From assembly GCA_032718475.1 (NCBI GenBank), contig JAUCBJ010000013.1:20428-84427 (forward strand): 64,000 nt of DNA. Reading direction: 5' to 3'. A program made the translations under genes and the position numbers. Positions 37,757-47,289 of the stretch are shown here, piece by piece (within the stretch, counting starts at the first letter, position 1; every line of letters begins with the position of its first letter). Below the pieces are notes generated by a model. That model worked only from the letters and a program-made list of their open reading frames with translations, searched no databases and was not told the origin of the DNA. This DNA is from Nemertoderma westbladi (lineage: Eukaryota; Animalia; Xenacoelomorpha).

Positions 37757-39098
37757 AGAAACCGGAGAAAGGGCCGAAAGGGCTTTGAAAAGCCTAAGGG
37801 AGTATGATGAGATAGAGGAAAGGGAGTGTAGGGAGCGTGAAGCGAGAGAGGAAAGGGAACGCAGAGAGCGTGAGGCAAGGGAGGACGAGGAACGCAAGGA
37901 ACGTGAGGCAAAAGGGGAAGAGGAACGCAAGGAACGTGAGGCAAAAAGGGAAAAGGAACGCAAGGAATATGAGACGAGAAAGGAAAAGGAACGCAAAGAG
38001 CGTGAGGCGAGACGAAGGGAGAGCATTAAGAGTGCCGCAGACTCGGCCATCAAGGACACCCAGGAGCGTGAGGGGAAAATGGCAGAGAGTGAAAAAGAGC
38101 GCAAGGAATTAGAGAAACGGCAGAGTGAGTTTGCGGGAAATATAATTAGAGGGGAGCACGAGTTGGAATACGTGCGAGCGACGCCGTCTGAAACCGGGGC
38201 CGGCTCGAGTATTTTTGAGGAGCCGAGGGCCGTAGATATATTTATTAATACTCCACTGACAGGGACCGCACGACAGACCCAAAACTGGTGCGACCGTACG
38301 GGCGGGGGGGGGGGTAATAATAATGGTACAGTAGACGTTGTTGATATTAATAGTACCGTATGGGATAACGCTAATCAAACCTTTATTACAGGAAATACTT
38401 TGCCTAGTGGTAGTAATTTAAATTTAAATCAGAACAATCCCAGTGTTAATGTAGAAAATAATCCTAATATTGATGTAGTTACGCAAAATAATTCAAATAA
38501 TCAAAATAATAACTCGAATTCGGACCTACAAAATAACTTAAATAACGCGATTACACAGAATAATTCGAATAATTCAAATAATGATCTTAGCCCGAATTTA
38601 CAAAATAATTCAGATAACGTAGTCGCGCAGAATAATACAAATGATTTTGTTTCAAATGAGCAAATTAATTCCGTTTCCAATATGGGTGCTATTAATGTAA
38701 ACACGTCGGGCCTACGTAACCAGGGAGCAGAGGGCCTGGTAGGCCACGTAGTTAGTAGACAGGGAGCAGAGGGCCTGGTAGGCCACGTAGTTAGTAGACA
38801 GGGAGCAGAGGGCCTGGTAGGCCACGTAGTTAGTAGACAGGGAGCAGAGGGCCTGGTAGGCCACGTAGTTAGTAGACAGGGAGCAGAGGGCCTGGTAGGC
38901 CGCGTAGTTGGTAGGCAGGGAGTAGAGGGCCTGGAAGGCCACGCAATAGCAGAGGGAGAGGCGGGGGTGAACAGACCCGACTGTGGTAGGGTTGATGTGT
39001 CGACTAGAGAGATATATAGTGGCGGGGCGAGAGGTAGCGAAGTAGAATGTAGCGGGTGGGGGGGGGGGGGCTACAAGGGCCCCACAACAGAGAGTTAG
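37674..39098 (+). CDS. BEL/Pao element: Gag coiled-coil/Asn-rich segment
   Basis: 474 aa with E/R/K coiled-coil repeats, an N-rich tract and 13-aa repeats. Ends just after a long poly-G run. Confidence 0.65.
   Translation: MAEQGQREMKERLEEGRVRLERETVLLRETGERAERALKSLREYDEIEERECREREAREERERREREAREDEERKEREAKGEEERKEREAKREKERKEYETRKEKERKEREARRRESIKSAADSAIKDTQEREGKMAESEKERKELEKRQSEFAGNIIRGEHELEYVRATPSETGAGSSIFEEPRAVDIFINTPLTGTARQTQNWCDRTGGGGGNNNGTVDVVDINSTVWDNANQTFITGNTLPSGSNLNLNQNNPSVNVENNPNIDVVTQNNSNNQNNNSNSDLQNNLNNAITQNNSNNSNNDLSPNLQNNSDNVVAQNNTNDFVSNEQINSVSNMGAINVNTSGLRNQGAEGLVGHVVSRQGAEGLVGHVVSRQGAEGLVGHVVSRQGAEGLVGHVVSRQGAEGLVGRVVGRQGVEGLEGHAIAEGEAGVNRPDCGRVDVSTREIYSGGARGSEVECSGWGGGGYKGPTTES
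38721..38943 (+). repeat. Coding 39-bp tandem repeat (QGAEGLVGHVVSR, about 6 copies)
   Basis: cagggagcagagggcctggtaggccacgtagttagtaga repeated. Confidence 0.95.
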
Positions 39099-39222
39099 CG
39101 GCGAGAGGGGGGGGGCAGAGAGTGTCCCACAGCCGTCAGCGGACAATGCGAGGGCCGAACAAGGTAAACCGCAACAACCGGCGACGGAAAGTAATAGGGG
39201 GATTGCGAGTATCCCCAGCGAC

Positions 39223-40056
39223 GTGCGATCGAGCAGAGAAAGACAGGTTGACGTCGCGGGAGGGCAGACGGAGCGTCGAGCCCGATCAGAGGAGGAAAGA
39301 AGAACAGTGGGGTTTAACCGGGAGGTCGACGAGAGATCTCGTGAGCGGGAATATTCCACTGATAGGAGAAGAGAGGAAGACAGTAGTAGAAGTATCGCCG
39401 CAAACGATAGAAGAGCGAGGACGGACAGCGAGCCGTCGGTAGTCGAGATGAGAACGGAGAGTCAGTGGGGTCGGACTCCGGGAGATTGCCGTCGCCCCGG
39501 AGGGATGCGATCCGGTGAGACGCATTACACGCCGAGAGAGGGGTACGCGATGTACCGGTACGAAGATGAAAACAGTGGAGAGGGGGGTCGAAGAGAAACT
39601 TTCCGACGGAATATACCTACCGATCGAGAATACGGTAGCCGCGGGGAGGATTATTCGAGAAGAATAAACTTCGATCCCGAGCAACACATGCAGACTGTAG
39701 GGCATACTGTAGGTCTTACTGCACATACCGTAGGCCATACTGAGAGAGGCAATGTAGGCGATAGGATAGCGCGGACAACGGGATTAAACCCGGAAGTCGC
39801 GGAATACATACCGGCGAGTAGGCCAGAAGCTGATAGGCCTATACCGGTACCAGCACAGCAGTATGACTACAGCATGCAGGGACATAACATATACCCAGGG
39901 GAGGGGGGAATTATTGCGGATAGGTGTATGGGCCCCAACATATTAACATCAACCCCAGTACCAGACATACCGGTGGGGGGGGGGGACAGGGTGACATTCC
40001 CCCATCACAATATCAACAATATACCCCGACAGGAACAAGAACAACGAGACCCCTAG
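39223..40056 (+). CDS. BEL/Pao element: Gag linker segment between poly-G runs
   Basis: The frame is open from the G-run at about 39110 to past the G-run at about 39980; includes LNPEVAEYIP. Confidence 0.55.
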   Translation: MRSSRERQVDVAGGQTERRARSEEERRTVGFNREVDERSREREYSTDRRREEDSSRSIAANDRRARTDSEPSVVEMRTESQWGRTPGDCRRPGGMRSGETHYTPREGYAMYRYEDENSGEGGRRETFRRNIPTDREYGSRGEDYSRRINFDPEQHMQTVGHTVGLTAHTVGHTERGNVGDRIARTTGLNPEVAEYIPASRPEADRPIPVPAQQYDYSMQGHNIYPGEGGIIADRCMGPNILTSTPVPDIPVGGGDRVTFPHHNINNIPRQEQEQRDP

Positions 40057-42710
40057 ATGAAAACAGGTCGTGTGATACAGACATATGGAGGGGGCCGCTA
40101 CCCCCGATGACATATCCGAGTCAGAGAAGATCAAGAAATAGGACGGACGAACCGCACCAGACAGGGGAAACTATACAGCACCCGTCGAATCCATTAGAAG
40201 CGCAGGCAATGGGGATGGCCACGTTGATCGATGCGTTGAAAACGAGGATCGAATTACCACCCGTGGAACCGTTCAAATTCGATGGGAGCAGGCCGGAAGA
40301 ATACTTACAGTTTCGGCGAATGTATAGTAACGAAATACTAACAAAAAACTTGACGCAGGCGGAGTGCCTAAAGTATCTACAAGTATACACGGGAGGCCCA
40401 GCATACGACATCGTGAGGCAATATCAGGGAATAGAGGGCGGCTTCACGACAGCATGGCGGGCACTGGATAGGGAATACGGGCACCCGGCCAAGATCATCA
40501 GGCAAACGCTGAGAGGCATAACATCGGGTGGCCTACAGGATAATCCCGTTAGCATTAAGACGTTTGCTAACAAAGTCGAGAAGGCGCTGATCGTGCTGAA
40601 GACGCTAGACGCGCCGTACGAGCTCAACGCGTCCAATAACATCACCACGATAGCGCAGGCACTACCGAGCTGGCTGCGCAACAAATGGAGGAAGATCGCT
40701 TTCTCCACCCGAGACAAGAAGGGTGCGGAACCAGGTTTAGAAGAAATGTCAAACTTCTTAAACTACGAGGCTGAACTAATAACTGACCCAGTCTATAGTG
40801 AAGATAGCCTGGGAAAGGGACCAAAGACAGATCACTACAGGCCCAAACCAGAGCACAATACATCAAACGCATTGCCGAGGCTCAGACAATCATTGCCATA
40901 CGCAGCGACGCAGGGGACTGCAAGTCCACAGGCAAACGAAGATAAGACAACATCAAGGGACGGACAGGGGAACAATAACAACATGAATAAACATAACCCC
41001 AGTACGTCCAGTAGGCCAAACCCAGTCAATAAGAATAGTAGGGACTTTGGTACGAATATAACTGCGATACGCAATGCATTGTATAAAGAGGGCTACGACC
41101 CAAAGAGCAAATGCCAGTTACACGCAAATGCGCTTCATAAAACTATGAATTGCAGGTACTGGCAGGCGCTACCGAGGCAAGACCAGATAGATTACGCGTC
41201 GAGCAATAAAATCTGCTCGCGATGTGTGAAGAGTGGACACAAGGCCAGGGAATGCCAAGAGAAGCCGGTCAAGTTTGGCCAAAGGAGAGGCCAGACGATG
41301 GCAACGAGCACAGTAGGGGCGAAGAAGAGAGGAACAGTGCTACTTGGAGTAGTACCAGTACGAGTGATCGGGGAAGGCAATCGATCAGTAACAACACTAA
41401 TGCTGGTTGATAGTGGAGCTGCCTTCACATTAGTTGAGGAATGGGTGGCCGAAGAAATAGGGTTGAGAACGATGCCAAGCAGGATGGCGGTAACAACCAT
41501 CTCTAGCAAAGATGAGATCCTAGAGATGAGGACAGGACGGTGCGCAATTGCAGCAGTAGCACCAGGATGCGATTATGGGGCAACCATCGACCCCATCCAA
41601 GTAATAGAGTCAATCAACATCAATGCCAGGCGGCCAACCAACATCGAGGTCGAGCAATACAAATTCCTGGACGACATTGACTTCTCGATCCCAGACGTGG
41701 ACGTTAGGAAGGTATCCATCATAGTAGGAATGGACTGCCCGACGGCCCACGAAAGAATGCAAACGGTCTTCGGCGAAGACAAGCAGAGCGACCCGGTGGC
41801 CATACTAACACCATTCGGGTGGACACTGACAGGCCCAATTAAGAGTAATATACCATTCAATGTGTCCGAGAGTTCAGGATGCATGGTGCCAGGAACCGAC
41901 GAGATAGAGGAGAGGTCAGAGATGGGCAATAGTGGTAGACAGCTAGAAGTAGAAGCAACACCAAGAGAGTGGGCGGAGGAGAATGGTATGGATGCAGAAG
42001 ATCTGGAGACGATGGGTTGGAATAAGGGTCCCAGCAAGTATCGGTATGGAGATGGAGAGGAGCGGACGGTGGAGTGTCGGGAGGACAAACCGGAGAAGTG
42101 TCCGGTGGAGTGTCCAGAGGAGCGTCCGGAAGAGACGCCGGTCCGGTTGAGAGGCATACCGACAAGGGGGAAGCCGAGTAAGAATACAAGATGGAAAGGG
42201 AGAAGATGTGAGACGATCAGACCAGGGGCAGAGAAGCCCATGAATAAACATATGGTGGACAAAGGAGGCGGGAGAGTAGGAGGCGTGCTGCGTACGCACG
42301 CGGAACTGACAGAGTGCGAGGGGGCATTACATGCGCAGACATCGTGTATACCGAAGGACGAACGGGGGTCGTTGAAGCCTTTAATGCCAGCACACATATT
42401 AAGGGGGAGGCCAGCAGAGATGGCATCTAAGATTAAGGAGAAGAACAGGGGCGGCATTATACCGCCGGGTGACACGTTGAAGGGTGGCACTTTGCCGCCA
42501 AGGGACGACCACGAGATCAGAAACATAAATAAGAGACAGCATTTGCCAAAACAGGAGAAAAGACCACCTATCGAATTGACAAGGAGAGCGGAGCGAAGAA
42601 TTAGAGAACCTATAGGGCGGCAGTGGGAGAGTTGCCTGCTGGAGGAATCACCCCTTGGGTCGCTGAGTTGTCCAACAGGTTGGACTAGGATGGAAGAGTT
42701 AGATCCGTAA
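39924..42710 (+). CDS. BEL/Pao Gag (DUF1759-like), zinc knuckles and aspartic protease; RT, RNase H and integrase core absent
   Basis: PFKFDGSRPEEYLQF...LKYLQVYTGGPA...AWRALDREYG; CQLHANALHKTMNC and CSRCVKSGHKAREC; LVDSGAAFTLV; IIVGMD...PVAILTPFGWTLTGP. Only a PLMPAHILRG relic of the post-integrase region remains. Confidence 0.9.
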   Translation: MYGPQHININPSTRHTGGGGGQGDIPPSQYQQYTPTGTRTTRPLDENRSCDTDIWRGPLPPMTYPSQRRSRNRTDEPHQTGETIQHPSNPLEAQAMGMATLIDALKTRIELPPVEPFKFDGSRPEEYLQFRRMYSNEILTKNLTQAECLKYLQVYTGGPAYDIVRQYQGIEGGFTTAWRALDREYGHPAKIIRQTLRGITSGGLQDNPVSIKTFANKVEKALIVLKTLDAPYELNASNNITTIAQALPSWLRNKWRKIAFSTRDKKGAEPGLEEMSNFLNYEAELITDPVYSEDSLGKGPKTDHYRPKPEHNTSNALPRLRQSLPYAATQGTASPQANEDKTTSRDGQGNNNNMNKHNPSTSSRPNPVNKNSRDFGTNITAIRNALYKEGYDPKSKCQLHANALHKTMNCRYWQALPRQDQIDYASSNKICSRCVKSGHKARECQEKPVKFGQRRGQTMATSTVGAKKRGTVLLGVVPVRVIGEGNRSVTTLMLVDSGAAFTLVEEWVAEEIGLRTMPSRMAVTTISSKDEILEMRTGRCAIAAVAPGCDYGATIDPIQVIESININARRPTNIEVEQYKFLDDIDFSIPDVDVRKVSIIVGMDCPTAHERMQTVFGEDKQSDPVAILTPFGWTLTGPIKSNIPFNVSESSGCMVPGTDEIEERSEMGNSGRQLEVEATPREWAEENGMDAEDLETMGWNKGPSKYRYGDGEERTVECREDKPEKCPVECPEERPEETPVRLRGIPTRGKPSKNTRWKGRRCETIRPGAEKPMNKHMVDKGGGRVGGVLRTHAELTECEGALHAQTSCIPKDERGSLKPLMPAHILRGRPAEMASKIKEKNRGGIIPPGDTLKGGTLPPRDDHEIRNINKRQHLPKQEKRPPIELTRRAERRIREPIGRQWESCLLEESPLGSLSCPTGWTRMEELDP

Positions 42711-42840
42711 AAGGTGCGGGCAGAGGTTTTACCTGTCTCTTAGAAGGAGCACCTTAGTCCAAGTTTTGGACTGAGGGGGGTGGGGTTGAGGGCGAGACGC
42801 CCTTCCCACACAAATAAAATAAAATAAAAATAAAAATAAA

Positions 42841-43530
42841 AGTTAGTTAGTTAGTAGGTACGTAGTACCTAGAGTTAGTTAGTCAGTAGGTACGTAGTAC
42901 CTAGAGTTAGTTAGTTAGTAGGTACGTAGTACCTAGAGTTAGTTAGTTAGAGGGTACGTAGTACCGATAGTTAGAGAGTTAGAGGGTACGTAGTACCAAT
43001 AGTTAGTTAGAGTTAGAGGGTACGTAGTACCGATAGTTAGAGAGTTAGTAGGTACGTAGTACCTAGTTAGAGTTAGAGGGTACGTAGTACCGATAGTTAG
43101 AGAGTTAGAGGGTACGTAGTACCAATAGTTAGTTAGAGTTAGTAGGTACGTAGTACCTAGTTAGAGTTAGAGTTAGAGGGTACGTAGTACCGATAGTTAG
43201 AGAGTTAGAGGGTACGTAGTACCAATAGTTAGTTAGAGTTAGAGGGTACGTAGTACCGATAGTTAGAGAGTTAGTAGGTACGTAGTACCTAGTTAGAGTT
43301 AGAGTTAGAGGGTACGTAGTACCAATAGTTAGTTAGAGTTAGAGGGTACGTAGTACCGATGGTTAGAGAGTTAGTAGGTACGTAGTACCTAGTTAGAGTT
43401 AGAGTTAGAGGGTACGTAGTACCAATAGTTAGTTAGAGTTAGTAGGTACGTAGTACCTAGTTAGAGTTAGAGTTAGTAGGTACGTGGTACCTAGTTAGAG
43501 TTAGAGTTAGGGGGTACGTAGTACCATTAG
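42841..43530 (+). repeat. Tandem array of about 21 hairpin cores GGTAC-GTA-GTACC separated by variable (AGTT/AG)n linkers
   Basis: Counted by eye; unit length about 28-38 bp. Confidence 0.95.
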
Positions 43531-44042
43531 TTAGAGAGAGAGAGAGAGTGAGAGATAAAAGGGATATATAGGATATAGATATTAGTTAGCAGTAAGTAGA
43601 GTTAGTAGCGAGAGGGGGGCATATGAGTGCAGCTGGATAAATCGTGTGGCCACACGACGCATACTGCTGTACTGCATAGGCCCACTGAGTAGGCCAGAAT
43701 ATGGATCAGAGAGAGAATAGAATAAATCCATAGGCAGTAGTAAGTAGTAGGACAGTAGAATCAAAGCAAAATAAACAAATAAATAGAATAGGGCTAAAAT
43801 CGGAAAATAGTGGTAACACAAGGAAAGTCGTTCTAGAACATAATAAAAGTAACAGACGGAAATTGTAAATTAGGCTGATTTACTAGCTCCGAAATTAATT
43901 AGATTAAATTAAGCTTGAAAGGCGCAGTTAAGTAGAAAAGTAGGCCATTATCGAACTGTACGAAACATCTTAAATACTTCACTCATCTGTATTGCGCCTT
44001 GGTAAGGCACCACCCTGCAGGTGAGCGAGTGTAGTGTTCGGA

Positions 44043-46577
44043 ATGGCGAGTAAGCTGATCAGGAAGAGAAAGGCGGAGTCAGGAGGAAAAGAAATATTGG
44101 TGGATTTCACCGAAAGACACCCGGAGGAGAAGACGAGAGGATACTACGAGAGGTTGGAAAGGGGTCATGCGGCACGAGCGCTGCAGGATCACTTCCGGGA
44201 GGCGCACGAACAGCGGTTGGTCGGGACCTACGGGACGCCGTCGCTGGACAACGCGATCTTCCAACACTTCCACTACGTGGTGAAAGGAGACGAGGCGAAG
44301 TTCGGGATTCCGAAGTATCCGAGGGAATCGCCGAGGAAGGACTGGAAAAGATTCATAGAGTCTGTCAACAGAGGAGGATATATGATCCTAGATGACGAGG
44401 GAACCGTGGAAGACAAAGCGGGTTCGAGACGAGGAACGGCAGGGTCGGCCAGGACCATACTCTTGCATTTGGCAGCGCCAAATGGGGACATCTTCTTATT
44501 CGACCTAGGGACGTATGGGAAGAAGGACGGGCCGAAATTAGACCGATTGCCGAAAGCGGTACAAGTCTTAGTAAGAGAAAAGTCGACGACGAAAGTGGGA
44601 TCGGCGATTCGCGAGGACGCGGAGAGGATCATCGGTCCGGACGCCACCAACCTCCTGGATATGCAGAAAGTCTTTATGGCTATGACGGCACCGGATGGAT
44701 TGGGGGTGGTCGAGAACACAGGCCAATGCGGGGCGGTGGCGATGGGCCAATTATTGGGGCTCGTATGCCACAAACCAATGGATTGGGGGAAGTTTAGGGA
44801 AGAATACGGAGCAGAACTAGCGAACTCGCTGAAGTGGGGAGCGAGACCGGGAAAGCAGGAGGTATATCAGTTTCGCAGAGGAGCGATAAAGGTATATCAG
44901 AAGCGATATATCCTGCAGGAGGACTGGATGATGATAAGTTTGCTTAACTTATTCATGACCGTAGTTATCGAAAGGGAACCAGGGGCATTTCTGTTATCGG
45001 GATCACCCCTAAGCTACAGGAGAGCCTTTAAAGTGGCCTTTGACGGTCTGGTAGACCACCCGGGGCTGAAGGGCGAGTCGGTGTACTACAACAGCCGACA
45101 TCTGGTAGACGGGGAGACAGATACACCGTATCAGAGATGGGAGCAGCTAGAGGCGGACAGACGAGAAGCAAAGCGACTGGAAGAAGTCGCTAGACGGGAG
45201 AGGATAGAAGCAGAGGAGAGGGAAGAGGAGGCCAGGGCACAGAGTTACGGCTTCGAGGAACAGGCGGGCCTAGACGAACTTCATTGGACTTCGTCAGGGA
45301 GTTCGGGGGAGTCTCTAGGGCGAGAATTGGGATGGACGGTGGGATCGCCGAAACAGTCGACGTCGGGGTTGCACACGATGCCCATACCAGCGGGCGCCGA
45401 GGGCGACCAACCGCCAAGGAAGTTAAGGGAGCTAGAGGGATGGAGAGCTACGGGCGAGAGCCAAGGCGGGAAGGGACATAGTGGATCCATCGGGATACCG
45501 GGATTGGAGACACTACCAGAAGAGGAGGACGACGACGACGAGTTCGGAGAGATGCCGCCCATCGAGAGGATAGGCCACTCGGACACGGACTGGGTTGGCG
45601 GAAGGGTGGTGACGGCCAGTGGGGCGAGGGCCTTCTGGAACAGATCCGGCAAGCGGACCTGGGTGCACGAGGAGCCGGCGATGGATTTCGCGGGGAGCAC
45701 CATCAGGTTGGGCGAGCAACCGGGAACGGCACCACGGATAGTATTCGGGGAGACGATGCCCGAGAGGGGCGGAGAGATAGACGTAAACAGGGAGAGCAAC
45801 GTAGAGAAGTTCGCCTACCAGCGACTCCATAGACCGCGGAGATCGCTTGGGACGAAAGACGAGGTGGGACGCGAGACATTGGTACTCGGCTGCGACTACT
45901 GTGGGAGACAGACCCATCGGGAAAGCAGCTGCCTATACCGGTTCCAACGGGGAACCTTTTGTCTCTACTGCAGAGAACCAAGTCACAGGATGGGGGCGTG
46001 TCCACGGTTGCATAACCGATGTCCAAAGTGCCACTTTCGGGGACACTACGGACGCGAGTGCGACTGGATGAGCGACGAGGAGAAGTTCACGAGGTTCGAG
46101 GAGTGGGCCGACGTCGGGGCCATGACGCGCCAGCGCATGAAGGCCCAAGAGTTCAAGTGGGGTTTCTTCCTTATAAACCAGGAGACCCACATGGAAATCA
46201 TAAAGCGGAGGTTACCGTTTACCTATCAAGAGGTAGCTACGGCGGCATCGTTCGCCGGAGTTATGAACACGCAACGGCACCTGGACAGGTGGACACCAGA
46301 GAACCGGAGGGAGTTTAGGGATTTCTTGGCGGAACACGTACCAAAGGCAATGAAAATGATCCTATGGGACGCCACACGAGGGAGACAACCAGGCCATTCT
46401 GAGGGGCCACCGGCGAAGCGGTATCGGGCTTTAATAACACCAGCGCCCAAGGAGCCGACGACCGGGATCAGCAAGGAAGTGGCAGCGAAGGTCCGGAAGC
46501 AGAAAGCGGATGATGCCAGAGGAGCGGTGATAACCAAGAAACGGGCCAGGGAAGAGGACGTGAGGAGGAACAGATAA
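44043..46577 (+). CDS. Retrotransposon cargo ORF: DEDD(y)-like 3'-5' exonuclease domain (WRN/Mut-7/EXD-like) plus three CCHC zinc knuckles
   Basis: Uninterrupted 844 aa from ATG 44043. ILDDEG (ExoI), LLHLAAPNGDIFLFDL, LPKAVQVLV...KVGSAIREDAE (ExoII), LLDMQ, LLG..HKP, Q-x-x-YILQED (ExoIII-like). Knuckles CDYCGRQTHRESSC, CLYCREPSHRMGAC and CPKCHFRGHYGREC. Confidence 0.8.
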   Translation: MASKLIRKRKAESGGKEILVDFTERHPEEKTRGYYERLERGHAARALQDHFREAHEQRLVGTYGTPSLDNAIFQHFHYVVKGDEAKFGIPKYPRESPRKDWKRFIESVNRGGYMILDDEGTVEDKAGSRRGTAGSARTILLHLAAPNGDIFLFDLGTYGKKDGPKLDRLPKAVQVLVREKSTTKVGSAIREDAERIIGPDATNLLDMQKVFMAMTAPDGLGVVENTGQCGAVAMGQLLGLVCHKPMDWGKFREEYGAELANSLKWGARPGKQEVYQFRRGAIKVYQKRYILQEDWMMISLLNLFMTVVIEREPGAFLLSGSPLSYRRAFKVAFDGLVDHPGLKGESVYYNSRHLVDGETDTPYQRWEQLEADRREAKRLEEVARRERIEAEEREEEARAQSYGFEEQAGLDELHWTSSGSSGESLGRELGWTVGSPKQSTSGLHTMPIPAGAEGDQPPRKLRELEGWRATGESQGGKGHSGSIGIPGLETLPEEEDDDDEFGEMPPIERIGHSDTDWVGGRVVTASGARAFWNRSGKRTWVHEEPAMDFAGSTIRLGEQPGTAPRIVFGETMPERGGEIDVNRESNVEKFAYQRLHRPRRSLGTKDEVGRETLVLGCDYCGRQTHRESSCLYRFQRGTFCLYCREPSHRMGACPRLHNRCPKCHFRGHYGRECDWMSDEEKFTRFEEWADVGAMTRQRMKAQEFKWGFFLINQETHMEIIKRRLPFTYQEVATAASFAGVMNTQRHLDRWTPENRREFRDFLAEHVPKAMKMILWDATRGRQPGHSEGPPAKRYRALITPAPKEPTTGISKEVAAKVRKQKADDARGAVITKKRAREEDVRRNR

Positions 46578-47289
46578 GTTCCCGGAGACGAGGGAATGAG
46601 ACTGAGACTGGGAAGTGGTGCGCCTGGAAGGCGCCGCATGTAACGTACGAACTATTAAGTATAAATTTTATTAATGCAAATAATCATATAAGTGCAATTT
46701 GTATGTACGTACGTAGTGATTAGCAGTAAAATACATACGTTTGGAGTAAGTACTATAGTCATACAACCTTTCTCAATTAGCTACTGGGACTGGGGGACAA
46801 TTGACTATGGCACTATGGACGAGACAACTGACAATTTCACGCTTCTTGAGTGCGACGGCACGAGAGAGGGGGGGAGGTTCGTCAGGAGAGATAAAACAGT
46901 CAAAGTGGAGTTGAGAATCGGAATAAGAGTGCGAAGTGCGGAGAGAGTGCGAACGCAATTCTAGTGTGGGGGGGGGGGGGAGAATGAGAGGCTGAGTAAG
47001 GGACGAGGAGGTCCGGGGGTATGAGAGAGTTAGGGTGAGAGTGAAGGTGAGATAGGGCGAAAATGTTGGGGAAACAAAAGTTGCGTGGGAGGTGAGCGCG
47101 ACCGGCCCGACATGAGACGCCAGGCACACAGGGTAGCGATATCATACCCATAGGGGGCGGCCTGGAAAGCCGACCCCGAGAGAAAAGAATTCCACCCCAC
47201 ACCCGATACTAGATCGGGATCCAGCGGGATTGTAACGCACTTTTTTGGTTGATGCTATCTTCTTACCGGGAAGATAGCATGGGGGGGAG

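Noticed and set aside
42841-43530. CRISPR-like or telomeric interpretation of the hairpin array
   Set aside because: The linkers are low-complexity variants of one another, not unique spacers. There are no cas genes, the context is eukaryotic, and there is no true (TTAGG)n or (TTAGGG)n run.
44043-46577. Cargo ORF as an env gene
   Set aside because: No obvious signal peptide or transmembrane anchor; the motifs fit a soluble nuclease/zinc-knuckle protein.
36678-47202. Many antisense ORFs inside the BEL element (e.g. 41573-42526)
   Set aside because: Expected shadows of GC-rich, purine-biased sense coding sequence; no motifs.
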